A stretch of 64,000 nucleotides of DNA from Octopus vulgaris. Lineage: Eukaryota. Both the position numbers and the translations under genes were made by a program. The DNA is taken from contig OX597823.1 of the NCBI GenBank assembly GCA_951406725.2, positions 35,960,001 through 36,024,000 on the forward strand, written 5' to 3'. Below are positions 1 to 14,099 of the stretch, one piece after another (positions within the stretch are counted from its first letter, which is position 1; each line of letters starts with the position of its first letter). A model generated the notes under the pieces. The model had not been told where the DNA came from and searched no databases. It was given only the letters and a program-made list of their open reading frames with translations.

Positions 1-759
1 TTATTGTTTCTTTTTGTTCTAACTAATATTATACTTCCTACATACCTTTCAATATATGAAAATGTACTCAATTTTGTGAAATTATCCTTACAATACTAGA
101 ATAGATTGAACCATCAAAGTGCTGTAGAGAAAAGTTACAAATATAACGAGCAAATATGAAATTAGGAATAAATAAATAACTATCGATGTTACGTCAAAAC
201 GAATGTGATTTTTTTAATTTAGTGGAAAAAATGCATATATGAACATTAAAAAAATACAAATAAACAAAACATGTGTTACATTGTGCTATGATTCTGCTTA
301 GCTGAACAGAGTAACTCAGTGTACTTAGACTTCACAGTATTAGTACGGTTCGACTCCATAGAAGCAATAAGATCTGTAGGCACTTAATTCGAAGTGCACG
401 GTTCTTAGTGGCTGAAATGGCTGTAAGCTAAGGAAGGGGATTACGTAACACCCGTTCTTTTGTCATTGATATCTATATATATATACAGTGAAAGAGAGAA
501 CGTGATAGAGAGAAGGAGAGAGCGAAATACGAAGAAATGAACAAAACGAGATAGGTACACGAAAAATGCTAAGTTCGTTCCTCGTTGACATGGAAAGAAC
601 TAATTATGATGTTTCGACATCATCCTCCTTCAGAAGGGAGATGTCCGAAACATGGCCAGGAACTAGATATAAGACACCGAAACACTAATTTTAGCCGCTT
701 AGGGATAAACCATTGGAACAAATCTGATAAAGGCAATGATCAACTACATTCAGTCAGAC

Positions 760-1997
760 AGCAGATGTAAAATCTACAAGATAGGTAAACGAATGTATCA
801 CTCACCTTTTGAGTGAGTGTAGTATACTCGTACTAAAGGAGTATAAGCGCATATATGGTTGTCTAGGTGAAAGAGTGCATCGGAATGTTAGGGAAGTGTG
901 TGATTTCAAAACAACGGGGAAATGGTATGAACACGAACCAGAGGATTTAATAGAAAATCAATCACAGGATCTCATGTCACTTTTTAAAGACTGCCTTGAA
1001 AGGTAAATTGATGTCAAATTTCCGATCTACAACCTGTTTACCACTTATGTGGAACCTTATGACCTGTGTCTTGGCAGAGAAGTGTATAATCTGGAAAGTA
1101 ACATTTTACTTCCGGTGGAACAGAAAGAGTGCAGCAGGCAAAGTAGGGCAACTAAAGACCAGTTGTTAGTTTATAAAATGGTAATCAGAAATTGCAGACG
1201 CAGATTGATGGGATTGAGTGAAGCATGGCTGGATTATAAAAGCACAGGACATGATGCTGCGCAGTTCTATAAATAAAACAATGAGTATGTTTGATAGAAA
1301 ATATGGGGAAATCTTTCAGTGAAAGTATGAAATATTGGAGCAATGACTTGATTGGAGGAAAGCAAAAATTTGGGAAGATGAACAGACATGATGTAATACC
1401 CGAAATTTGCACAACGCGAATACAAAAGATGCCATGACAATGTAGAAAGAAGGATCTATTGGGAGTTCTGTGGAAATCACGGCCTACAAACAGCAAAGAC
1501 ATGGTATGAGAAAAGTCCAGGAGTCACTGAAAATGAGACTTGCAAAATCCTGGGCGCAATGATCCAGTGCGATCACTCGACCAGACATCGGAAACTGGAC
1601 ATCGTTGTGGTGAATAAGCTTGTATGATAATCAACATAGCATGCCCCGGTGATAACAGGATCAATGTGAAAGAATAAAAATAAACAATTTGAAGTGGGAA
1701 ATACGAAGGTTGTGGTCAATAAAAAGAGTACACATGATACCAATATTAAATGGCGCACTTGGAAGTGTCGGCACTCAACTACCAAAATGGCTGAAAAAGA
1801 TTAGTGCAAGTGTGAAGGTAGAACACCAAAAAAATTAGTATTGCTTGGAACTGCAAGAATTCTTCGCAGGGTTCTTGAAGCATGACGAGTAAATAAATAT
1901 AAGTGTCACCTTAGTCTGCTGGCTGTGAACAGTTGACACTTTCCATCGTACCCAGCAAAATAAGCTGTGAGTTTTCATTTAATAATAACAATAATAA
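760..1997 (+). mobile_element. Mosaic of degraded R4/Dong-like (RLE-type) non-LTR retrotransposon fragments
   Basis: HLLSECSILVLKEYKR...KWYEHEPE (CCHC region); LLPVEQKECSRQSRATKDQLL...AWLDYK (RT); RLE 3' end finishing in an (AAT)-rich tail at about 1980-1997. Confidence 0.75.
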
Positions 1998-2196
1998 TCC
2001 TTTCTACTAAAAGCACAAAGCCTGGAATTTTGGGTGACGAGTAAGTCCATTCCATCGACCTCAGTATTTCACTAGTACTTAATTTATCGACCCCGAAAGG
2101 ATAAAAGGCAAAGTCGACCTAGGCGGAATTTGAAATCATAACGTCGTGACGGTTAAGCATTTCGTTCAGCGTGCTAATGATTCTGCCAGCTCGCCA
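1998..2196 (-). mobile_element. tRNA-derived SINE (central core GCCTTTYATCCTTTCGGGGTCGATAAATTAAGTAC), tail type 2
   Basis: The minus strand reads GGCGAGCTGGCAGAATCATTAGCAC (A-box-like) and TTCAAATTCC (B-box-like), then the core. Homologous to 8381-8975 and 26126-26281. Confidence 0.8.
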
Positions 2197-2226
2197 CATT
2201 ATTATTATTGATAATAATAATAATAA

Positions 2227-2288
<62 letters not shown>

Positions 2289-2289
2289 A

Positions 2290-2645
2290 ATGCCCTGATG
2301 CAGTACCTGGCAGTGGCTCTCATGACTTCTGATCTTAAATGATTGGAAATGTTATCATGTACACTAGTTTGTCTTGGTATAAAAGATGCTACAGCAAATA
2401 TTCTGCTCAATACCACAGATTTGCTTGTCAGTTGTTTGACCATAACCAGTTGGCCATGTCCCTTAGTTGCTGTTGATATGTGCAGAAGTAATGGGGGAGC
2501 ATCATAGCCGTGTGTTGAAAGGAATTCTTGGAGGTTTGAATAATTCACCTTTGGAAACAAGGGTTGTGTTTCGTTCAACATCCTTAAACAATCCTTATTC
2601 ACGGACCTTTTGAGCGGGATGGGCTACTCGACCATCTGAGGAAGT
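2290..2645. repeat. Unclassified interspersed repeat abutting trinucleotide tracts
   Basis: 2290-2360 is the reverse complement of about 48680-48750, and 2595-2640 resembles the reverse complement of about 48985-49030. Confidence 0.55.
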
Positions 2646-5331
2646 GTAGTGTGTTATTCTTGAAGAGAGGCAAAATCAAATGTATGGACGGGCTAACAAT
2701 ACCGTGGGGTGAGGTTATGAAGCAGATAGAAGAGACGGGCTATAAGTACTTGGGGATTTGGGAAATGGATAAATTGATGGAGAAAGAAATGACAGAAAAA
2801 TTTAAGGTGGAGTACTTGCGAGGACTGAGACTAATGCTTAAGTCGAAATTAAACGGACGGAATAAGATCAAGGCTATCAACACCTGGGCTGTTCCACCCC
2901 TTAGATATGGATCAGGGGTAACTGCATGGACAGTAGGCGAACTAAACAGCTTAGACAGAAAAAACAAGGAAGTTGCTAACTAGATATGGGACACTCCACC
3001 CAAAACAGACAGACAGACTGTATGTACCAACAAAAAGAGGGGGAAGAGAACTTATTGGATGCGAGCACAGCATTATAGCAGAAAACACACAACATACGAG
3101 GGGCGTTCAATAAGTAACCCTGACCCACTTCCCATAGTAGTAGAGCAACAAAACTCGGCACAGGTATTAGTCTTTTTCTACATAGGAACCACCCAGAGTT
3201 ACGCATTTCTCCTATCGTTTGATGCAGCTCTGGATACCGTTTTTGTAGAAGACCCCAGCTTGGTCCTCTAACCACGACGTGACTTCAGAAATCAAGGCTG
3301 CATCATCTGGTAAACGCTTTCCTTTCAAAAACAACTTCATGGGTGGGAAGAGGTGAAAATCAGAGGGTGCAAGATCAGGAGAGTAGGGGGATGGGGGAAG
3401 GAGTTCATAGCCGCACGCCTGTGCTTTTGATCTGGCGACAAGCGAGTTGTGGACCGGAGCGTTGTCCTGCTGATCTTGCCCCGCCTCTTGATTTTGATAG
3501 CTTCTCTTAATTTCCTCAAAAGTGAAGCATAATAGGCTCCTGTAATTGTGGTACCCTTTGCCAGAAAATCTGTCATCACTACTCCGTCCTGGTCCCAGAA
3601 GACTGTGAGCATGACCTTGCCAGCGGAGGGCTGCATCCTTGCCTTCTTTGGAGGAGGTGTGTCACGGCGCTTCCACTGCATTGACTGGGCTTTGGTCTCT
3701 GGATCATAGTGATGGACCCAGGTTTCATCCTGTGTAATCAATCTTTTGAAATAGTTTGACTCATCTTCTTCGCACATCTCCAAATTTATCCTCGAGCATT
3801 CGATGCGTTCTTGCTTCTGGAAAGGTGTGAGCAACCTGGGAATCCATCTGGCAGACACCTTTTGCATATGCAAATGGTCATGAATGATAGTTTCCACAGA
3901 CCCGGTACTAATCTTGACCTCATGGGCTATTTGGCGAATAGTTATGCGTCGATCTTCCAAAATGGAAGCCTCAACTTGACGGACAGATGCCTCATCAATG
4001 GCAGAAGGGGGTCGACCAGATCTGGGAGCTGTTTCCACAGAGTTCCGACCAAGTTTGAATTCACGATGCCAGCGTTTTACAAGGTCATATGATGGGGCAT
4101 CATCACCATAAGTTACTTTCATTTCATCAAAAGTTTCCTGTGGTGCGCGTCCTTTCAAATACAAAAACCGGATCACTGCTCGACACTCAACAGGCTCCAT
4201 TTCACACCTGACTCAGTTCAAACACCTGTAAATCAGAAACCACAATTAGTTCAGCGCTGTAATTTGCCACTTAATCTATAGAGATATAAATAATTGCACA
4301 TACAAAATTTCAGCTAGATCAAACAACTGCAACTGGGTCAGGGGCATTACTTATTGAACGCCCCACGTAGCATAGTATGTAGAAAATGCCACAGAACCGC
4401 TATTATTAGAAATAAGAAGGTCAGGCTTGTGTAGAATAAAAGATTGCAAAGATAAAGCACTATACAAGAAATTGAAAACTAATGAAACTGAAAATAGGTG
4501 GGTAAAGAAAAGAATGCATGGTCAATTTCATAGAAATGTTGAAGATAAGACAGCCAGAGAAAAAAGATGGCTGTGGATGACTAAAAGTCATTTAAAACCG
4601 GAAACGAAGGCTCTAATCTGTGCTGCCCAAGTGTAAGTACTAAGAACAAACTACATAAAATACAGAATAGACAACACATCAGAAAGTGATAAGTGCAGAA
4701 TCTGTGGACAAAATGGTGGAACCGTATGGCATATTACCAGCCAATGTACGTTACTAGCCCAGATGGAATATAAGAGACGCCACGACAATATAGTCAGGTT
4801 TGTCCATTGAACACTTTGCAACAAGTATGGATTTGACAGAGCAAAAAATTGGTACGACCACAAACCCGAAATCATCGTCGAAAATAGAAATGGAGAGGCC
4901 CTATGGGATTTTATGATTCAGTGCGACCATGAGATAGAGAATAGGAAGCCAAACAGAGTCATGAGAAAGAAAACAAACTATGCTGGATCATTGATATAGC
5001 ATGCCCAGCTGACAAAAATGTATACGATAAGAAAGAAAGAAAAGTTGAGAGATGTGACAGATTAGCTTGGGAAGTTAAGCAGTTGTGGTCGATGAAAAAG
5101 GTAGCAGTAGTACAAATAATTTTCGGAGCCCTGTGAACAGTGAGCCAAAATCTTCAGAAGTACATGGAACAAATAGAGGCTGCAATAAGGGTGGAACACT
5201 TGCAGAAAACAGCACTGCTTGGAACCGCCCGAATACTCCGGAAAATAAGACGTGTTACCTTAGTTCACTGGTAGTGAACAGCTGACACCACAGTACATCT
5301 CCAGCGTTAGAAGCTGTACAAAGGCAATGGC

Positions 5332-5423
<92 letters not shown>

Positions 5424-5430
5424 CAACAAA
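2646..5430 (+). mobile_element. 5'-truncated R4/Dong-like LINE interrupted by a mariner
   Basis: YKYLGI...KSKLNGRNKIKAINTWAVP (RT thumb), MHGQF...LKPETKALICAAQ, CRICG...HI zinc knuckle and RLE domain. Ends in a long (AAT)n tail at 5332-5420. Confidence 0.88.
3097..4367 (-). mobile_element. Full-length mariner (DD34D) transposon with pseudogenised transposase
   Basis: TIRs CGAGGGGCGTTCAATAAGTAA / TTACTTATTGAACGCCCCACG with a TA duplication (3095-96 and 4368-69). Transposase 4200 to ~3167 has WIPRLL, TQDETW, QDNAPVH and YSPDLAPSD motifs, broken by two frameshifts and a stop. Confidence 0.95.
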
Positions 5431-5916
5431 GTGAAGCAAATACACGGAAGACGTATACATTAGTTTATATATGAGCATTGCTCTACATACGCTTAAACGT
5501 TCTCCATCTAGTTTGTATATATGCATGTATGAGGACATCAGTACACTCCCACATACGCATGTATAATCGTATATGCACGTAAGTGCCAGTGCACATACGA
5601 TTATGTATCCGTATGTAGAGTGATTTTGATCTAGCTGTTCTCCGTGTGTTTCACTTTCTCTATGTATGTATGTATGTATGTATGTATGTATGTATGTATG
5701 TATGTATGTATGTATGTATGAATGTATCATGTTGCGGGGAGGAATGTTGTGCGTTTCTATTTACTAGTAACATTTTCCATTTTGGGTAATTACTTTCTAA
5801 CACAATCCGTTACAGTTTTTGAAAAAAATTGTAATATTTCCTATGCAATTATCTTGGAAGCCATAATGTAGTGCTGATCAATAACTTTATCTTTAATGTG
5901 GCACAAAAACAAATTA

Positions 5917-8247
5917 CACTGGACAACAAAGATTTTGCTACTGGGGCAAAAGCGTGTGCATTAGACTAAATCGAGGATGCTGATTCCGAATCCGCACTCA
6001 GAATTGTTCTAGCACGTCAGGATTTTGAGTTATGCGCATGCGCAAGATTACAACTATACTTTCGGCTAGATATAGGCCATGTTATAAAATTTACTAAATT
6101 GAAAGCGGTCTTAACTCAAAATTAAAGAAATAACAGCAAAAAAACAAACGATGAGAAAGTTCATTATTTAGTTTAGCAGTAGATGGCGTTCACATATTGT
6201 GTGAAATGCCAAATACGTCAGTTTGTTCTTGATAACTCTCAATGTCGTTTGCGCTGCTGTCACGTGTGGTATGTGTATCTCTCGCTCTGTGTGATTACTG
6301 TTTTAACTGTGTTCGTTGTGCTAGATCATGAATAGGAGAGACTGTATGGATCACCCAGACAACTTTTGTGGAAAATTTGCTCCGCGTGATCAGCGGAAGA
6401 ACATTACCACCAAATTAAAAATTGCCTATAAATATTATTTCGGGTGACCAAGACAAGAGGAGGGAACTTCTTATATGCTGCATCGTGTGTTACTTGGGAC
6501 TTACACAGTGGCTGAATGGACAACGGAAGAGAATGCCTTTTGTTGTATCAATGGTATGGCGTGAGCCAACCAGTCATGTCTGATTGTTACTTTTTCATGA
6601 CTAATATTAGTGGTTTCTCAAAGAAGACCAAAGCAAAAATTGTGTATGCAGATTGTAAGTCGGCTCTAAAACCGAAACCACGTGATTTCAAGAACCCTGT
6701 TCCACTTGAAAATCTTGACACGTCGCACGATGAACCTCCTGACTCTCCTATCGAAGAAGAGTACGTAGTTGATACTAAGAAAAATGAGCCAAACTGGTTT
6801 AATCAAGAAGATTTGAACGATTTAGCAAGAGACCTAGCATTGTCAAAAGAAAGGGCAGGAATCAAAAACTACAACAACGGAATCTCCTACAGCAAAGTAC
6901 GAAAATTTCCATTTTCCGTTAAAAAAGACAGATAAACCATAAAGGCTTATCTGTCTTTTTCAAGCATGAAAATAATGTTTGTTTCTGTACTGACGCTAAT
7001 ACACTCATGCAAAAACTAGGACACGTACATGTGGCTAACGAATGGAGATTGTTTATAGACTTGAGTAAGGTTAGCCTCAAAGCTGTATTGTTACATAATG
7101 GTAATGAAAAACTTACCAATCCTGTGGGTCATGTTGTCAGTATAGAAGAAACTTATGAATCGATAGAACTCAATCTGAAAGGAGTTAATTACTCAGTTCA
7201 TAAGTGGAATATTTGTGATTTAAACACGATTTCCCTCCTCCTAGGATTGCAGCTGGGATATACCAAAAATATGTGCTTTTTATGTATTTGGAACAGCTAC
7301 GGCGACAGCAATCATTACACAGTGATGAGCGCATAGTTGGTTGGTACGATGTGCAGCATATGCCACTGTTAGAACCGCAAAATATCTTCCTTCCACTCCT
7401 TCACATCAAACTCGGTCTCATGAAAAACTTTGTAAAAGCAATGACATACGATGGTTGTGGCTTCCAGTACCTAAAATTAAAATTTGGTGCAGAGGAAAGT
7501 GACGCAAAATTGAAAGCAGGCAAATTCGTTGGAACCGAGATCAAAGAATTGATATCTGATAGCAAATTCAGAGGTAAACTGAATCCAGTTGAGCTGATGG
7601 CATGGGATTCATTTGTATTAGTTGTACAGGAATTTCTTGGAAATCATAGAGCTGAAAACTACGCTGATTTAATAAATATGCTAACAGCGTATGAAAGAAT
7701 GGAATGCCGAATGGCCCTTAAATGTACTTCTTGCATTCTCACCTCGATTCTTTTCCAACGAATCTCGGTGCCGCCAGTAATGAGCATGGTGAACGGTTCC
7801 ACCAGGACATATCTGAGATGGAAACGAGGTATCAAGGTCGGTTCAATTCACGCATGATGGGTGACTACCGTTGGTTCCAACAACAGGAGACAGCACGACG
7901 CATAAGCGCAAGAGCAAGTGTCTCAAACATTTCTGAGCTGAGCATATCAAAAATAAAGTAAGTATTCCCTTAACATAAATATACTATGGACCATATTTTA
8001 ATACTATTTGCCTTGAACATAAATTTACTGTATACCGTACTAATATACTATTATGATAATTATTTACCTTGAACTTAACTATTCCTGATTCTAATATAGT
8101 ATTAATGCATAATTATGTGCATAACTCAAAATCCTGACGTGCTATATCAATTCTAAGTTCAGATTCGGAATCAGCATACTCGATTTAGCGTTGTAAAGCA
8201 CCATTTGTCTGGCTAGCAGATAATAAATCTTTTTTTGTTGCCCGGTG
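5917..8247 (+). mobile_element. Chapaev3-type (CMC superfamily) DNA transposon, both ends present, degraded transposase
   Basis: Termini CACTGGACAACAAA / TTTGTTGCCCGGTG with a 3-bp TTA TSD and ~120-bp imperfect subterminal inverted repeats. Protein fragments from ATG 6328: HPDNFCG, WRLFIDLSKVSLKAVLLHNGN, GYTKNMCFLCIW, LHIKLGLMKNFVKAM, HSHLDSFPTNLGAASNEHGERFHQ. Confidence 0.85.
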
Positions 8248-8380
8248 TTACGGAACGGTTAGCAAAACAAAGCCCAGTACGATAATATAAAGAAAGGTGC
8301 CTCCAGTTACCAAAGAAACTTGCCAGCTGTCATAAAAGATGGCAAGATATGAAATTGTGCTTGCTTAGACTAGATAATAT

Positions 8381-8975
8381 ATTTCTTTATCACAAGGGGC
8401 TAAACATAGAGGAGACAAACAAGGACAGACAAAGGGATTAAGTCGATTACATCGACTCCAGTGCGTAACTGGTACTTAATTTATCGACCCTGAAAGGATG
8501 AAAGGCAAAGTCAACCTCGGCGGAATTTGAACTCAGAACGTAACGGCAGACGAAATACTTATTTCTTTACTACCCACAAGGGGCTAAACACAGAGAGGAC
8601 AAACAAGGACAGACAAACGGATTAAGTCGATTATATAGACCCCAGTGCGTAACTAGTACTTATTTAATCAACCCCGAAAGGATAAAAACCAAAGTCGACC
8701 TCGGCGGAATTTGAACTCAGAACGTAGCGGCAGACGAAATACCTGTTTCTTTATTACCCACAAGGGGTTAAACATAGAGGGGACAAACAAGGACAGACAA
8801 ACGGATTAAGTCGATTACATCGACCCCAGTGCGTAACTGGTTCTTGATTTATCGATCCCGAAGGGATGAAAGGCAAAGTTGACTTCGGCGGAATTTGAAC
8901 TCAGAACGTAACAGCAGATGAAACACCGCTAAGCATTTCTCACGGCGTGCTAACGATTCTGCAAGCTCACCGCCC
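8381..8975 (-). mobile_element. Head-to-tail trimer of a tRNA-derived SINE (about 183-bp period) with a Tx1-like tail
   Basis: Three diverged units (8381-8560, 8561-8744, 8745-8975). Only the last carries the full tRNA-like head. Confidence 0.88.
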
Positions 8976-9387
8976 TAGAATAAATAATATATTTCTATTA
9001 AGTGTTTACTCGGTTTCATAAGATTTAAACGTTTTTCTTATCATGTTTACAAAACGATAGAATCTTTGGCACGCGCCCTATAAATGCCCTATAAATGCTT
9101 GATAAGCACCCACCACATCAATCCTGTTGACTTCGGGGCTACAGGGAGTAAAAGTGTTGTGATGTTGGTCAATTTCCGAATGACAGTAACAAGGGCTAGT
9201 GTAATAGCTTCATCGGGAATCGAACCTGAGTGTTGCATCGGCTTTAGAATGTCACTTTTAAGGTTTTGTGCCAACTAACTTGGGTAATTTGTGTCAATTC
9301 TCGTATGTTATTTGATATGATACGTTGCTCCAATAGCTGATAATGTTGATGGTTACCAGGCCGCTCTGTAGCTTTTTGTGTCTGGTG

Positions 9388-12118
<2,731 letters not shown>

Positions 12119-12657
12119 ACGTGCGTTACGGGTCCACCACCATTTATCTCTTAAGACTCAGTTCCATCTATGCAATTGCCATTTTCCTCTCCATCGTCCA
12201 AATTTCTCTCAACCCACCATTGTTTCCTAAAGTTCAGCTGAATCTGATGCAATTACTTTCGAGCCGAACGGACGGGTTACAAATTTCGTTTCACAACCAT
12301 GTTGTTCCGGTTTCAAACCCACCGAGCGGCACATGATTAAGTGACCTTGTTATGCTTTTTCCTCTCTCCGACGTTTTTGTTGTTTTCTTAGACACGAAAA
12401 AAAACAGGTGGTTACAGGCAAAGGTAGGTTTGAAGGATTAGGAATGTATCTCGCAGCCATTTGGCTTCTCTGGCACCTTGAGCAAGTTCCTTCTACTGTA
12501 CCTGTGGCTGACAGATGTGAGTTAATTAGAAAATGGGAAACAGCACAGAAGTCTATCTTAAATGTATATGTGTGCTTGTGCGTGTGTGTGTGTGTGTGTG
12601 TGCGTACGTGAGAGTACGTGTGTATACACACACAATCACATACGCAAATATCATATA

Positions 12658-13026
12658 CTAGCAGTATCGCCCGGCATTGCTCGGGTTTGTAAGGGAAATA
12701 ACTATAAAGCATTTTTAGAGAGTTATAGCCAAAAAATAGAAAAAAATGGAAAAAAAATTATGAGAGTTAAAAAGGTCGAGTTGCGTCCCCTAGACAGTCT
12801 GTGGTTTGTGTTTCTGATTCTCGACCCCATGTCGAATTTATCGATTTTTTTCAGAACTGGGGGAACTTTTCAAAATTTTCGCTGCGTTAGTTTTGAATTA
12901 TGACATTGGGCTATGTGTGTGTCAAGTTTCATCAGAATCGGTTGAAAGCCATGGTCAGGGTGAGGGTACAACCTGACAGACACACAGACACACACACAGA
13001 CAAACTGCCGTTTATATATAGAGAGA
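12658..13026 (-). mobile_element. Non-autonomous Helitron (about 370 bp)
   Basis: The minus strand begins TC and ends with the hairpin CCCGAGCAATGCCGGG followed by CTAG-3'. It sits between host A and T with no TSD and has a short (CTGT/GT)n microsatellite near the 5' end. Confidence 0.82.
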
Positions 13027-13352
13027 TAACAATGCATGATAATATCAAAAATAGCAATGAATATTACTTGATGCAGTGATATAGAGTTGTGTGTTTCTTT
13101 TTCTAAACAATACGAGTTAATTTACTGAGTGGGCTATTGTTGTTTTACGACCAGAAGATAAACAGGGCCTAAGATCGAGATTGAAAAAACCAATAATAAC
13201 CCACATAGCCGTTAACCTATATTGGTCAGAAATATAAATACATAATTCTACATTTCCCTTACGAATGCAATGCATTTTTGGTATTTTTTTTATTATTTAC
13301 TATTTATCAAACCTGATAGTATATGGGTGAGCATATGGTATGTGTGTCCACG

Positions 13353-13680
<328 letters not shown>

Positions 13681-14010
13681 TGTGTATTTTTCCAATGTGT
13701 ACAGATAACAAGCAAAAAATATAGATAGTTACCAGGGTAGCAAAAAATATAGATAGTTACCAGGGTAGCAAAAATTCACATAAGTGCCAAAGATATTACA
13801 GCCTATTTATAAAGGTAGAAATTCCAGGGTTAAGTGAAATGTTTTGTATAACATGAATAAATTAAGAAATGGAGTCAAGCGCAGGTGTTATTCAAATCAT
13901 TTATACTTCCAGTATATGTTTCGAAGAACGCATTGAGCTTATTCCGGTGGGAATAAAAATGATGTAAAACAATGCGATCATCTCGTCAGGGGAAAAAGAG
14001 AAACAAAACA
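13681..14010 (-). mobile_element. Penelope-like pseudo-LTR-type repeat (family A) carrying a hammerhead motif
   Basis: Reverse-complement homolog of 53390-53700. Abuts a microsatellite and contains a hammerhead core. The PLE origin is inferred. Confidence 0.65.
13905..13996 (-). ncRNA. Type I hammerhead-like motif, long stem II (family A), cleavage triplet degenerate
   Basis: Minus strand: UUCCC-CUGACGA-GAUGAUCGCAUUG...CAAUGCGUUCUUC-GAAAC-AUAU-ACU-GGAAGU. Confidence 0.65.
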
Positions 14011-14099
14011 CATCAGTAACCCATTTTAACAGGTAGGTTTGAAGGATTAGGAATAAGCTGAATAAAAATAAGTCTTGAAATATGGTGGTGACAAAATGT

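Noticed and set aside
609-652. Small hairpin with GAAAC on both strands, possible hammerhead
   Set aside because: The core reads CUGAAGG and the stems are not convincing.
8381-8975. Regular ~183-bp repeat resembling a CRISPR array or tRNA cluster
   Set aside because: Whole units repeat with no unique spacers, there are no cas genes, and there is no full cloverleaf. It is a SINE multimer.
9210-9290. tRNA-like GGTTCGATTCCC on the minus strand
   Set aside because: Only a B-box-like motif is present, with no acceptor or anticodon stems. Probably a decayed SINE head.
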